Of a DNA stretch of 64,000 bases, positions 1 to 9,504 are shown in pieces. The stretch comes from Actinomycetes bacterium (lineage in GTDB: Bacteria; Actinomycetota; Thermoleophilia; Solirubrobacterales; Solirubrobacteraceae). The translations under genes and the position numbers were made by a program. The notes under the pieces are model-generated. The model was not told where the DNA came from. It worked only from the letters and a program-made list of their open reading frames with translations, and did not search any database. How positions within the stretch are numbered: position 1 is the stretch's first letter; every line of letters begins with the position of its first letter. The stretch is taken from the NCBI GenBank assembly GCA_037131165.1, contig JBAXRO010000002.1, forward strand, positions 6,144 to 70,143. The letters run 5' to 3'.

Positions 1-1291
1 AAGCGACCGAGAAGTCCGACGCCAAGTGCTTCGAGTTCATGACGACGTAGGCGCCGCCGTAAGCCTTGCGGGTGATGACCGTGAGCTTCGGGACGGTCGC
101 CTCGGCGAACGCGTAAAGGAGTTTCGCTCCGCGGCGGATGATCCCCGCCCACTCCTGGCTCGTGCCGGGCAGGAAGCCGGGCACATCAGTGAATGTGATG
201 ATCGGAATGTTGTAGGCGTCGCAGGTGCGCACGAAGCGGGCCGCCTTCTCCGAGGAGTCGATGTCAAGCACCCCGGCCATGGCTGACGGCTGGTTGCCAA
301 CGATCCCGACCGGGATCCCGTTCAGCCGTGAGAAGCCGCAGATGACGTTCTTGGCGAAGTGCTCATGCACCTCGAAGAACTCGCCGTCGTCGACGATGTG
401 GCCAACGACTTCGCGCATGTCGTAGGGCTTGTTGGGGTTGTCGGGGACGACGGTGTCGAGCTCCGGATCCATCCGGTTCGGGTCGTCGGTCGGCTGAACC
501 CGTGGAGCGGGCTCGAGGTTGTTCTGCGGAAGGAAGGAGAGCAGGTAGCGGGCGTCCTCGAGGCAGGCGTCTTCGTCCTCGCTTGCGAACTGGGCGACCC
601 CGGACTTGGAGTTGTGGGTCATCGCCCCGCCGAGCTCCTCGAACGTCGGCTCCTCGCCGGTCACGGTCTTGATCACGTCGGGACCGGTGATGAACATGTG
701 GCTCGTCTCCTTCACCATGAAGATGAAGTCGGTGATCGCCGGGCTGTAGACGGCACCGCCGGCGCACGGACCCATGATCAGTGAGATCTGCGGGATGACA
801 CCCGAGCAGCGGACGTTGCGGAGGAATACGTCGCCGTAGGAGCCGAGCGAGACGACCCCTTCCTGGATGCGGGCACCGCCGGAGTCGTTGATGCCGATGA
901 CAGGGCAGCCGATCTTGGCGGCGAGGTCCATGACCTTGCACATCTTCTCGCTCATCACCTCGCCGAGCGAGCCGCCGACAACAGTGAAGTCCTGGCTGAA
1001 GACGCAGACGCGGCGGCCGTCGATCGTGCCGTGACCGGTGACGACGGCGTCGCCCCACGGCCGGTTCTTCTGCATGTCGAAGTCATGCGTGCGGTGGCGC
1101 ACGAAGGTGTCCGTCTCGACGAACGAGCCCGGATCGAGCAGCTTCTCGACCCGCTCGCGAGCCGTGTACTTGCCCTTCGCATGCTGCTTCTCGACTGCGG
1201 CCTCCGAAGCGGAATGGATCGCCTCTTCGCGCAGCTCCATCAACTGCTCAAGCTTCTCTTCGTAGGTCTCGGGTGCTTTTTCTCTTGACAT
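1..1291 (-). CDS. pccB: acyl-CoA carboxylase carboxyltransferase (beta) subunit, PccB / methylmalonyl-CoA carboxyltransferase 12S-like; C-terminal end runs off the window
   Basis: Own translation of the minus strand from ATG (complement 1289-1291): [97 protein letters not shown]. It stays open to position 1, so it is absent from the ORF track. The motifs are typical of carboxyltransferases. Confidence 0.85.
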   Translation of the reverse strand, partial: MSREKAPETYEEKLEQLMELREEAIHSASEAAVEKQHAKGKYTARERVEKLLDPGSFVETDTFVRHRTHDFDMQKNRPWGDAVVTGHGTIDGRRVCVFSQDFTVVGGSLGEVMSEKMCKVMDLAAKIGCPVIGINDSGGARIQEGVVSLGSYGDVFLRNVRCSGVIPQISLIMGPCAGGAVYSPAITDFIFMVKETSHMFITGPDVIKTVTGEEPTFEELGGAMTHNSKSGVAQFASEDEDACLEDARYLLSFLPQNNLEPAPRVQPTDDPNRMDPELDTVVPDNPNKPYDMREVVGHIVDDGEFFEVHEHFAKNVICGFSRLNGIPVGIVGNQPSAMAGVLDIDSSEKAARFVRTCDAYNIPIITFTDVPGFLPGTSQEWAGIIRRGAKLLYAFAEATVPKLTVITRKAYGGAYVVMNSKHLASDFSVA

Positions 1292-1325
1292 TGGGCGGGG
1301 AGCCTATCGGTCGCGGGGGCAGGTC

Positions 1326-2939
1326 CTAGAACTCAGGCCGGTAGATACCGAACTCGTCGCGCATCGCCCCGCAGACCTCGCCGAGGGTGCAGTTGTCGCG
1401 AAGAGCTTCACGCAGGACGGGAAGGAGGTTGTCGGTCCCGCGCGCCGCTGCGCGGATCTCCTCGAGCCGGGCCGCGACCTTCTCCTGATCGCGGTCCTGC
1501 TTGAACGCCTTGAGGCGGGCGACCTGTTCGTCCTCGGACTTCTGGTCGACCTTCAGCGTGTCGGGGACCTCGAGCTGGTCGGTCACGAACTCGTTTACGC
1601 CGACGACGATGTCCTGCTTGATCCGGTAGCGCTCCTGGTAGCCCCAGGCCGACTCCTCGATCTCGTTGGTGATGAACCCGATCGCGTTCGTCGATCCACC
1701 GATCGAATCGACCTTGTCGATCAGCTCCTGAGCACGGACCTCGATCTCGTCTGTCAGCGCCTCGATGAAGTACGACCCGGCGAACGGGTCGACCGTGTCG
1801 ACTGCGCCCGACTCGGCGGCGATGATCTGCTGGGTGCGCAGGGCGATCCGGGCGGCTTCCTCGGTCGGCAAGGCCAGGGCCTCGTCGAAGCCGTTGGTGT
1901 GGAGCGACTGGGTGCCTCCGCAGACCGCAGCGAATCCCTGCAGCGCGACTCGGGCGATGTTGTTCTCCGGCTGCTGGGCGGTGAGCGTAACCCCGCCGGT
2001 CTGGGTGTGGAACCGCAACCGCAGCGACCGCTCGTCCTTGGCGCCGAAACGATCGCGCATGATCGTGGCCCACATCCGGCGGGCGGCCCGGAACTTCGCG
2101 ACCTCCTGGAAGACGTTGTTGTGACCGTTGAAGAAGAAGGCGAGCCGCGGGGCGAAGGCGTCGACCTCGAGGCCCGCGTCGAGCGCGGCCTGAACGTAAG
2201 CGATGCCGTTGGACAGGGTGAAGGCCACCTCTTGGACGGCCGAGCAGCCCTTCTCGCGGAAGTGGTAGCCACTGATCGAGATCGTGTTCCACTTCGGGAC
2301 GTTGTCGCGGCAGTACGCGAACAGGTCGGTCGTCAGCCTCATCGAACCCTCGGGCGGGTAGATGAAGTTGCCGCGGGCCATGTACTCCTTGAGGATGTCG
2401 TTCTGGGTCGTGCCGCGAAGCTCGTGTGACGGGACCCCTTGCTCCTCACCGACGAGCTGGTAGAGCAGCAGCAGCACCGACGCGGGAGCGTTGATCGTCA
2501 TCGAGGTAGAGACCTTGTCGAGCGGGATCTGGTCGAAGGCGATCCTCATGTCCGCGATCGAATCGATCGCGACACCGGTGCGGCCGACCTCGCCGAGGCA
2601 GCGTCCGTCATCGGAGTCGAGGCCGAGCTGGGTCGGCAGGTCGAAGGCCATCGAGAGGCCGGTCGAGCCGTTGTCGATCAGGAAGCGGTAGCGCTCGTTG
2701 CTCTCCTTCGCCGTCGCGTAGCCGGCGTACTGGCGCATCGTCCACTGCTGCTTGCGGTACATCTCGCGGTGAACGCCGCGGGTGAAGGGGAACTGGCCGG
2801 GATCGCCGAGCTCAAGTCCTGCCGGCAGGTCGCTCTCGTCATAGAGCGGCTTGATCTCGATTCCCGAGTCGGTGAAGTGACGTTCGTCGTCCGGGCCGAC
2901 GATCGGGGCGATGCTGCGATGGTCTGGTTCGATGCTCAC
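1326..2939 (-). CDS. methylmalonyl-CoA mutase, catalytic (substrate-binding TIM-barrel) subunit without a B12-binding domain
   Basis: 537-aa ORF with GTG start. Motifs FPFTRGVHREMYRKQQWTMRQYAGYATAKESNERYRFL, GLSMAFDLPTQLG and TTQNDILKEYMARGNFIYPP match the MCM large-subunit N-terminal domain. There is no C-terminal DxHxxG domain. Confidence 0.85.
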   Translation of the reverse strand: MSIEPDHRSIAPIVGPDDERHFTDSGIEIKPLYDESDLPAGLELGDPGQFPFTRGVHREMYRKQQWTMRQYAGYATAKESNERYRFLIDNGSTGLSMAFDLPTQLGLDSDDGRCLGEVGRTGVAIDSIADMRIAFDQIPLDKVSTSMTINAPASVLLLLYQLVGEEQGVPSHELRGTTQNDILKEYMARGNFIYPPEGSMRLTTDLFAYCRDNVPKWNTISISGYHFREKGCSAVQEVAFTLSNGIAYVQAALDAGLEVDAFAPRLAFFFNGHNNVFQEVAKFRAARRMWATIMRDRFGAKDERSLRLRFHTQTGGVTLTAQQPENNIARVALQGFAAVCGGTQSLHTNGFDEALALPTEEAARIALRTQQIIAAESGAVDTVDPFAGSYFIEALTDEIEVRAQELIDKVDSIGGSTNAIGFITNEIEESAWGYQERYRIKQDIVVGVNEFVTDQLEVPDTLKVDQKSEDEQVARLKAFKQDRDQEKVAARLEEIRAAARGTDNLLPVLREALRDNCTLGEVCGAMRDEFGIYRPEF

Positions 2940-2999
2940 GACGCGGGAGGGTACCGTTCCGGGAAGGATGAGAGGGGCGAGGCCAACAGCGACCGCCCA

Positions 3000-3656
3000 A
3001 TGGAGCGGCCACCGATGATGGTACGGGTGAAGCTGTTCGCCGGCCTTCGCGAGCGGGCAGGCACCGACGAGATCGAGCTCGAGCTCGAGCCGGGGGCCAC
3101 CACCGACGACCTGATCGAGGCGCTCGGCGACGTGACCGAAGGGGTCCGCTGCGTCGTGGCAGTCAACCGCGAATACTGCGGCCCGGGGACGACCATCTCC
3201 CCCGGTGACGAGGTCGCGCTCGTGCCGCCGATCTCCGGCGGCGCCGGCCCATCGGTGAGCGTCGGACCCGAACCGATCGACCCCGCCGAGCTGATGCGCC
3301 TCGTCGGCGATCCGGCAGCCGGTGCGATCGTCACCTTCACCGGAACGACCCGCGAGGTCGAGTCGCTCGACTACGAGGCCTACCTCGAGATGGCGACCGA
3401 ACGGATCGAGCGGATCTGCGAGGAGGTCTCAACCCAACACTCCCTGGCAGCGATCGCGGCGGCCCATCGGACCGGCACAGTGGCGCTGGGAGAGCCTTCC
3501 GTCGTCGTCGCCGTCTCGGCCCCCCATCGGCCCGAGGCGTTCGCCGGAGCGCGAGAGGCGATCGACCGGATCAAGGCCGAGGCCCCGATCTGGAAGGTCG
3601 AGGTGGACGGAGCCGACCGCCGCCGCGTGGAAGGAACCCTGCCCCCGGTCGAGTGA
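3000..3656 (+). CDS. fused molybdopterin synthase MoaD-MoaE (MoaX-like)
   Basis: The N-terminal part (M)MVRVKLFAGLRERAG..ISPGDEVALVPPISGG is a MoaD fold ending in Gly-Gly. The rest is MoaE: GAIVTFTGTTREVESLDYEAYLEMA..HRTGTVALGEPSVVVAVSAPHRPEAFAGAREAIDRIKAEAPIWKVE. Alternative starts are ATG 3015 and 3018. The upstream part of track ORF 2439-3656 is antisense to the mutase gene. Confidence 0.8.
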   Translation: MERPPMMVRVKLFAGLRERAGTDEIELELEPGATTDDLIEALGDVTEGVRCVVAVNREYCGPGTTISPGDEVALVPPISGGAGPSVSVGPEPIDPAELMRLVGDPAAGAIVTFTGTTREVESLDYEAYLEMATERIERICEEVSTQHSLAAIAAAHRTGTVALGEPSVVVAVSAPHRPEAFAGAREAIDRIKAEAPIWKVEVDGADRRRVEGTLPPVE

Positions 3657-3681
3657 CCGGCCTCCGCGGCAGCGGGAGTGC

Positions 3682-4215
3682 CTAGAGCGCTCCGCCGGCA
3701 GCACCCGGGGCAGTCATGTCTCCGCCCTCGCCGGCGCCGTGCTCCCGGGCGACCCAGTCCTCAACCTGGAGGACGTCGTTCTCGCCACGCTGCACGGCAG
3801 TCAGGAGAGTGGACATCGTCGCAACCTCCTCGACCTGCTCCTTGAGGAACCACTGGGTGAACTGCTCGCTGACGAAGTCACCGTCCTCCCGGGCCGTCCG
3901 GGCGAGCGCGGTGATCTGCTCGGTGACCTTCTTCTCCTGGGCGAGCGCGATCTCAACCGGCTCGACGATGCCAGTGAAGCTCGTCCGCGGCGCAGCCACG
4001 GCCGGGACGACTACCTCGGCGTCGGCGTCGAGCAGGTACTGGACCATCATCATCGCGTGGTTACGCTCTTCGACCGCCTGGCGGTAGAAGAAGCCGGCCA
4101 GCTGCGGCAGCGAATCGCCGTCGTAATGGACGGCGACGGCGATGTACTGCTGCGAGGCGCCGAACTCGTAGGCGATCTGCTCGTTGAGCTGAGCAGCGAA
4201 TCGGTCTGATGCCAT
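3682..4215 (-). CDS. ftn: bacterial non-heme ferritin (BfrB/Ftn-like)
   Basis: 177 aa with a ferritin-like helix pattern: [54 protein letters not shown] Shine-Dalgarno about 9 nt upstream. Confidence 0.8.
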   Translation of the reverse strand: MASDRFAAQLNEQIAYEFGASQQYIAVAVHYDGDSLPQLAGFFYRQAVEERNHAMMMVQYLLDADAEVVVPAVAAPRTSFTGIVEPVEIALAQEKKVTEQITALARTAREDGDFVSEQFTQWFLKEQVEEVATMSTLLTAVQRGENDVLQVEDWVAREHGAGEGGDMTAPGAAGGAL

Positions 4216-4284
4216 TTCTGCGGACTCCTATCCGGTCGGGGCAGGTTCGCGTTCATCGTAGGGGCTGGTTGCCCCGCTGAGCGT

Positions 4285-5235
4285 ATGGTGTCCTCCATGC
4301 CGACTTCATTGGTTACCGGCGGAGCCGGGTTCCTCGGCTCGCACCTCTGCGAGGCGCTGCTGGCGCGCGGTCATCGGGTGATCTGCGTCGACAACCTCGA
4401 GACCGGGTCGCTGGCCAACATCGCCCACCTGCGCCAGCCCGAGTTCGTCCACCTGAACATCGACATCATCGAGCCGTACCAAGTGGACGGCGAGATCGAC
4501 TTCGTCTACCACCTGGCTTCGCCCGCATCCCCGATCGACTACCTCAGGCTTCCGCTCCACACCCTGAAGGTCGGCTCCTACGGCACCCACCACACGATCG
4601 GCCTCGCCAAGCACAAGCGCGCCCGGTTCCTGCTGGCGTCGACCTCCGAGGTATACGGGGACCCCAAGGAACACCCCCAGCACGAGACCTACTGGGGCAA
4701 CGTCAACCCGATCGGCCCTCGCGGCGTCTACGACGAGGCCAAGCGGTATGCCGAGGCGCTGACGATGGCCTACCACCGCCAGCAGGGAGTCGACACTGCG
4801 ATCGTCAGGATCTTCAATACCTACGGACCCCGGATGAGGGCGCACGACGGCCGGGCGATCCCGACCTTCCTCCGCCAAGCCCTGCTCGGCCGTCCGCTTA
4901 CGGTGTTCGGGGACGGAAGCCAGACGAGGTCGTTCTGTTACGTCGACGACCTGGTGGCCGGCCTGATCGCACTCGCCGAGTCGGGAGAGCACGAGCCGGT
5001 CAACATCGGCAACCCCAACGAGTTCACGCTGCTCGAGGCAGCCGAGGCAGTCAGGAGGGTCACCGGTGCATCGTCGGAGATCGTCTTCGAGCCGCTGCCG
5101 ACCGACGACCCGCAGATCCGCCAGCCCGACATCACGCGGGCCCGGGAAGTGCTCGGCTGGGAGCCGACCACCGAGCTCGAGGAAGGCCTCCGGCTGACCC
5201 TCGCCAGCTCAGGAATCGAGCGCCTCACCAGCTGA
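4285..5235 (+). CDS. uxs: UDP-glucuronate decarboxylase (UDP-xylose synthase), SDR family
   Basis: [12 protein letters not shown] Rossmann motif, then [41 protein letters not shown] and [10 protein letters not shown], all typical of UXS. ATG 4297 is an alternative start. Confidence 0.8.
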   Translation: MVSSMPTSLVTGGAGFLGSHLCEALLARGHRVICVDNLETGSLANIAHLRQPEFVHLNIDIIEPYQVDGEIDFVYHLASPASPIDYLRLPLHTLKVGSYGTHHTIGLAKHKRARFLLASTSEVYGDPKEHPQHETYWGNVNPIGPRGVYDEAKRYAEALTMAYHRQQGVDTAIVRIFNTYGPRMRAHDGRAIPTFLRQALLGRPLTVFGDGSQTRSFCYVDDLVAGLIALAESGEHEPVNIGNPNEFTLLEAAEAVRRVTGASSEIVFEPLPTDDPQIRQPDITRAREVLGWEPTTELEEGLRLTLASSGIERLTS

Positions 5236-5314
5236 CCGCAATCGCGGTTCGCGACGGGTACGGCCTACGACCGTAACCGGTCAGGGTTGCACCCGCACCC
5301 ACCGTGTCTGTAAC

Positions 5315-6868
5315 TTGGAGGCGGGGGTGTATTCAGTCCCGAGGGAGAGACGAGCGATCAGCGACCAAGGCATCAGCGAGGCGGGTTCGACCCGCACCGA
5401 ACGGGCCGGGCAGGCGGAAGCACCGGTGACCAACGGCTCAGGCCCCGCGACCAAGCGTGTCGGGCGTGACATCCGCTCGGGCAATGTCCCGACTCTGGCC
5501 CGCCTCCTGCACAAGCGGACCCTGCGGGCGATCGCCCGGGTCGCGATCCTGCTGGCCAGCGACTACCTCGCGATCGCATCGGCCCTGATCGGCTGGCTGG
5601 CTCTCAAGGCTTGGCTCAAGGGCGACTTCGATGCCGCGCTCGTCCGCGAACAGGTCAACAGCTACCTGACCTTCGCCTACCTCGTCTCGGTACTGATGCT
5701 CGCCCGCCACGACCTGTACAACGAGAGGGCAAGGCGCCCCGGCCTGCCCTCGATCGTCAACGCCCTCTTCCAGGCGACGGTCGTCACTCTGATCTTCGCC
5801 CTCGCCAACGGCGAGAAGTTCAACTCCTACTCGGTCTTCATCGGCGCGCTCGGCTTCGCGATCGTCACCGTCACGACGGCGCGAGCGCTCGTCGACAGGG
5901 GCACGGGCCGTCTGAGTGCCGAGGCCGGTCTGGCCCGCAAGGCACTGGTGGTCGGGACCGGCGACCACGCAGCGTCGGTCGCAATCGCGCTCGGCGAATC
6001 CAACCGCTGGCCACTCGAGGTGATCGGCGGCCTCACCGCACCGGAGGACGTGGTCGCGAAGCTGCGGCGCGGCAGCATCGACGCGGTGATCATCGCCGAG
6101 CCCGAGCTGCCACAGGAACAGGTCGTGCTCATGGCGGACGAATGCCACCGAAAGGGAGTGGAGGTGCACGTCGCCCCGACGACGATGGAGATCCTCCTGC
6201 AGCGCGGCCAGTTCCGCCCCGGGATGGCGGTTCCGCTGTTCACGCTCGACGCGCCGACCTTCGACGGGTTCAACTTCGCGATCAAACGGGCGTTCGACCT
6301 GATCGGGGCGATCGTCCTGCTGGTACTGCTCAGTCCGACCCTGCTGATCGTGGCTTTGGCCGTGAAGCTGACCTCGAAGGGGCCCCTGCTTTACCGCTCG
6401 ATCCGGCCGGGAATCGGCGAGCAGCCGTTCGCCTGCCTGAAGTTCAGGACGATGTTCGACGACGCCGACTCGCGGATGGACGACCTCGAGAGCCTCAACG
6501 AAGCCAGCGGCGCACTGTTCAAGATCCGCAAGGATCCGCGAGTGACGCCGATCGGGCGGATGCTGCGGCGGTTCTCGATCGACGAACTCCCGCAGCTGCT
6601 GAACGTACTGAGGGGCGAGATGAGCCTCGTCGGTCCGCGTCCCCTACCCGAGCGCGACTTCAGACTGCTCGAAGATTGGCACCGTCAGCGCTACCAGGTG
6701 CTGCCCGGGATCACTGGCCTCTGGCAGGTCTCCGGTCGCTCGGATCTCGACTTCGACGACCTCGTGCGACTCGACTTCGTCTACGTGGAGAGGTGGTCCG
6801 TGGGCCTCGACCTGCTGATCCTGCTGAAGACGTTTCCGGCAGTCCTGTCGCGACGCGGCGCGTACTGA
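5315..6868 (+). CDS. polyprenyl-phosphate glycosyl-1-phosphate transferase (WbaP/CpsE-type bacterial sugar transferase)
   Basis: C-terminal domain KRAFDLIGAIVLLVLLSP..LKFRTM..KIRKDPRVTPIGRMLRRFSIDELPQLLNVLRGEMSLVGPRP..PGITGLWQVSGRS. The start is uncertain: TTG 5315 is the longest option and GTG 5426 is possible. Confidence 0.8.
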   Translation: MEAGVYSVPRERRAISDQGISEAGSTRTERAGQAEAPVTNGSGPATKRVGRDIRSGNVPTLARLLHKRTLRAIARVAILLASDYLAIASALIGWLALKAWLKGDFDAALVREQVNSYLTFAYLVSVLMLARHDLYNERARRPGLPSIVNALFQATVVTLIFALANGEKFNSYSVFIGALGFAIVTVTTARALVDRGTGRLSAEAGLARKALVVGTGDHAASVAIALGESNRWPLEVIGGLTAPEDVVAKLRRGSIDAVIIAEPELPQEQVVLMADECHRKGVEVHVAPTTMEILLQRGQFRPGMAVPLFTLDAPTFDGFNFAIKRAFDLIGAIVLLVLLSPTLLIVALAVKLTSKGPLLYRSIRPGIGEQPFACLKFRTMFDDADSRMDDLESLNEASGALFKIRKDPRVTPIGRMLRRFSIDELPQLLNVLRGEMSLVGPRPLPERDFRLLEDWHRQRYQVLPGITGLWQVSGRSDLDFDDLVRLDFVYVERWSVGLDLLILLKTFPAVLSRRGAY

Positions 6869-6894
6869 CCCCGCGAGTCCGTCATCATCAGGGC

Positions 6895-7854
6895 ATGGCC
6901 CTGCGTGAACGGATCAACATCTCGCCTGGGAGGTACAGGACTGTCACCCGTGTCGCTCTCGCGGCGATGATCGGGATCGTCTTCACGGGTGCGGCAGTCA
7001 GGCTGACCGGCTCAGGCCTCGGATGTCCCGATTGGCCCAAGTGCTTCGGCGGTGTGATCGCCCCTGCCGAGACGCCGGCGATCATCGAGTACTCGAACCG
7101 GCTGCTCACCGGGGTCGTGGCGGCCGCCGCAATCCTCGCCGCAGTCCTCGGGTTCTTCAGGCGCCCCTATCGCAGGGAACTGGAGATCCTCGCCGTGCTG
7201 CTGCCACTCGGGGTACTGCTCCAAGTGCTCCTCGGCGCACTCACGGTGATGACCGAACTCCACTTCGGCCTCGTGATGGCGCACTACATCGTGTCGATGG
7301 TGCTCGTGGACGCTGCCTTCGCGCTGGCTTGGTGCGCGACATACGAGCCGGGTGACCGCCCGCGAGCCAAGGACCGACTGGGCGTCTGGTCGGTGCGGGC
7401 GCTGCTCCCGCTCGGCGCCCTGACCGTCTCCGCCGGCACGGCTGCGACCGCAGCCGGCCCGCACGCCGGAGCGCGCAGCACCGGCGAGCTCGTGCCGCGC
7501 CTGCGGGTCTTCGGCGACGACACACTGCTCTGGATCGTCCAGCGGCACGGGGCGCTCGCCGTGGTCTTCGGGCTCGCGACGATCGCTTCGATCCTGATCC
7601 TCAGGCGCGAAGGCGGCGAGCGCCGGGCAGTCAAGCCGCTGCTGGTGGTCGTCGGCCTGTTGGCGGCCCAGGGAGTGATCGGCATCGGCCAGTGGCAGCT
7701 GGAACTGCCCGCCGCGATCGTCTGGGTCCACATCGTCTTCGCAGTCTTCACTTGGCTCGCGGTGCTCTGGTCGGTCGGGGCAGCCGGACTGCTCGAAGGC
7801 GAGTTCGCCCGCTACGGCAAGCGTCGGGCAGACGGCGCCGCGCTGAAGGCCTGA
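6895..7854 (+). CDS. ctaA: heme A synthase (CtaA/COX15)
   Basis: In-frame ATG inside the 747-aa track ORF. MALRERINISPGRYR..AAVRLTGSGLGCPDWPKC, followed by multiple His-containing TM helices. The upstream 428 codons of that ORF are an Arg-rich shadow of the sugar transferase gene. Confidence 0.8.
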   Translation: MALRERINISPGRYRTVTRVALAAMIGIVFTGAAVRLTGSGLGCPDWPKCFGGVIAPAETPAIIEYSNRLLTGVVAAAAILAAVLGFFRRPYRRELEILAVLLPLGVLLQVLLGALTVMTELHFGLVMAHYIVSMVLVDAAFALAWCATYEPGDRPRAKDRLGVWSVRALLPLGALTVSAGTAATAAGPHAGARSTGELVPRLRVFGDDTLLWIVQRHGALAVVFGLATIASILILRREGGERRAVKPLLVVVGLLAAQGVIGIGQWQLELPAAIVWVHIVFAVFTWLAVLWSVGAAGLLEGEFARYGKRRADGAALKA

Positions 7855-7861
7855 GGCCACG

Positions 7862-8779
7862 ATGGACCCCGGGATGGCTCTGGGGCTGACGCTCGCTCTC
7901 GGAGCGGCTTTCCTCTTCAACTACAGCTACATGATCCAGCACGGCGCGCTCGAGGGCGGGCCCGAGATCAACTTCCGCCGACCTCTCGGCACGATCCGCG
8001 AGCTGGCCCGCCACAGGCGCTGGATGCTCGGCCTGCTGGTCGGTCTTGTCGGCTTTGTGATGCATGCCATCGCGCTGGGCCTGGCCCCGCTCTCGATCGT
8101 TCAGGCGTTCCTCGCGAGCGGCCTCGTCTTCGCCGTGCCGATGAGCGTGAGGATGGCTGGCCACAAGCTCACGGCGAGGGATACGGCCGGAGCGATCCTG
8201 ATGACGGTTGCGCTGGTGCTGCTCGCCTTCGGCACGGGCGAGCACGGCTCGACCAACGAGTTCGAACCGTGGTCGCTCGGGCTCTATACGGCCGTGACTG
8301 TCGCTTTGGCGATCGGTGCTGCGGCGGCGGTCAGGGGTGAACGCAGGGCCGAGTCGCTCGCCCTCGCAGCGGGCCTCCTGTTCGGCATCGCCGACGCGCT
8401 GATCAACGCCCTCGTCGGCATCGCCTCCGACGGCCTGATCGCCCTGCTCCTGTCCGTTTGGCTCTGGCTCTGCATCGCGACCAACCTCGGCGCTTTCTTC
8501 GGCTGGCAGAAGTCACTTCAGGTCGGCACGACGAAGATCCTCGCGATCGTGGTCCTGATGACCGCAGCTACGAAGATCTCCGCGATCGGCGCCGGGTTCG
8601 CTGTCTTCTCGGATTCACTCGGCGAGACGACCACGTGGAAGGTGGTCCACATCCTCTGCTTCGTGTCGATCGCGATCGCAGGGCTGATGCTCGCACCGGC
8701 CCAGGCCGCGATAACGGCGGCGGCCGAGCTCGATCACGAACACGGGGAAGCGACTCCCCGTCAGGCCGGTCCGAATTGA
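7862..8779 (+). CDS. polytopic integral membrane protein, possibly DMT/EamA-like; function unknown
   Basis: 305 aa, about 9-10 hydrophobic segments, good G/C third-position bias. It lies 7 nt after ctaA. Confidence 0.6.
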   Translation: MDPGMALGLTLALGAAFLFNYSYMIQHGALEGGPEINFRRPLGTIRELARHRRWMLGLLVGLVGFVMHAIALGLAPLSIVQAFLASGLVFAVPMSVRMAGHKLTARDTAGAILMTVALVLLAFGTGEHGSTNEFEPWSLGLYTAVTVALAIGAAAAVRGERRAESLALAAGLLFGIADALINALVGIASDGLIALLLSVWLWLCIATNLGAFFGWQKSLQVGTTKILAIVVLMTAATKISAIGAGFAVFSDSLGETTTWKVVHILCFVSIAIAGLMLAPAQAAITAAAELDHEHGEATPRQAGPN

Positions 8780-9504
8780 CCCTCGCGCTCAGGTCGGTTG
8801 CGCTGGTGGGAGCGATCTCCCTGCTCGGCCACGAGATCCCCAACCATTTCGCCTACCTGGCAGTCGGCCTCGCCATCGGGATCGAGTCGATGGGCATCCC
8901 GATGCCGGGCGAGACCGCCCTGATCGCGGCATCGATCGCATCGAAGACCGGGGATCTCAACATCTACGTCGTGATCGCCGCTGCTGCAACGGGCGCGATC
9001 ATCGGGGACAACATCGGCTACTGGGTCGGCCGCAAGGGCGGGCGCAGGCTGCTGGAACACCCGGGTCCCTTCTACAACAGGCGAATGGCCCTGCTCGTCC
9101 ATGGCGACAGGTTCTTCGAGTCGCACGGACCGAAGGCCGTCTTCCTCGGACGATGGGTCGCGCTGCTGCGGGTGACGGCCGCGGTACTCGCCGGCGCGAA
9201 CCGCATGGACGCGAAGAAGTTCTTCGTCTGGAACGCGCTCGGAGGGGTCACCTGGGCAGTGAGCGTCGGAGTGGTCGGATACCTCCTGGGAGCCACGGGC
9301 GAGAGGCTGATCCACGAGCTCGGGATCTGGGCGGCAGTCGTGGCTGGGATCGCCCTCGTGCTCGTCCTCGGCTACGTCTCGCTGCGCGAACGGAGAGCCC
9401 TGAAAGCCGAGATGAGCGAGGTCGAACAGCGGCTCGAGACGGGCGAGCCGATCGCCGAGTGGCATGATTCGAAGGAGCCAAACAGCGGAGAGGAGCAGCG
9501 ATGA
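8776..9504 (+). CDS. DedA family membrane protein
   Basis: GIESMGIPMPGETALIAA..AATGAIIGDNIGYWVGRKGG..FLGRWVALLRV is the DedA/SNARE-associated signature. The TTG start overlaps the preceding TGA (TTGA). The N-terminal 106 codons of the track ORF are a shadow frame. Confidence 0.75.
   Translation: MTLALRSVALVGAISLLGHEIPNHFAYLAVGLAIGIESMGIPMPGETALIAASIASKTGDLNIYVVIAAAATGAIIGDNIGYWVGRKGGRRLLEHPGPFYNRRMALLVHGDRFFESHGPKAVFLGRWVALLRVTAAVLAGANRMDAKKFFVWNALGGVTWAVSVGVVGYLLGATGERLIHELGIWAAVVAGIALVLVLGYVSLRERRALKAEMSEVEQRLETGEPIAEWHDSKEPNSGEEQR

Noticed and set aside
2439-2999. N-terminal 187 codons of the 405-aa ORF preceding the MoaD-MoaE gene
   Set aside because: It is antisense to the well-supported mutase gene, has low-complexity Arg/Asp/Val-rich sequence, and the MoaD fold starts at 3000-3018.
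4216-4284. IdeR-type iron box upstream of the ferritin gene
   Set aside because: Only weak partial similarity (TAGGGGCTGGTTGCC) to the 19-bp iron-box consensus, which is not convincing without a matrix score.
5611-6894. First 428 codons of the 747-aa track ORF (5611-7854), overlapping the sugar-transferase gene in another frame
   Set aside because: The translation is extremely Arg/Pro/Gly-rich with no motifs, which is typical of a high-GC shadow frame. Only the in-frame ATG at 6895 gives a coherent CtaA protein.
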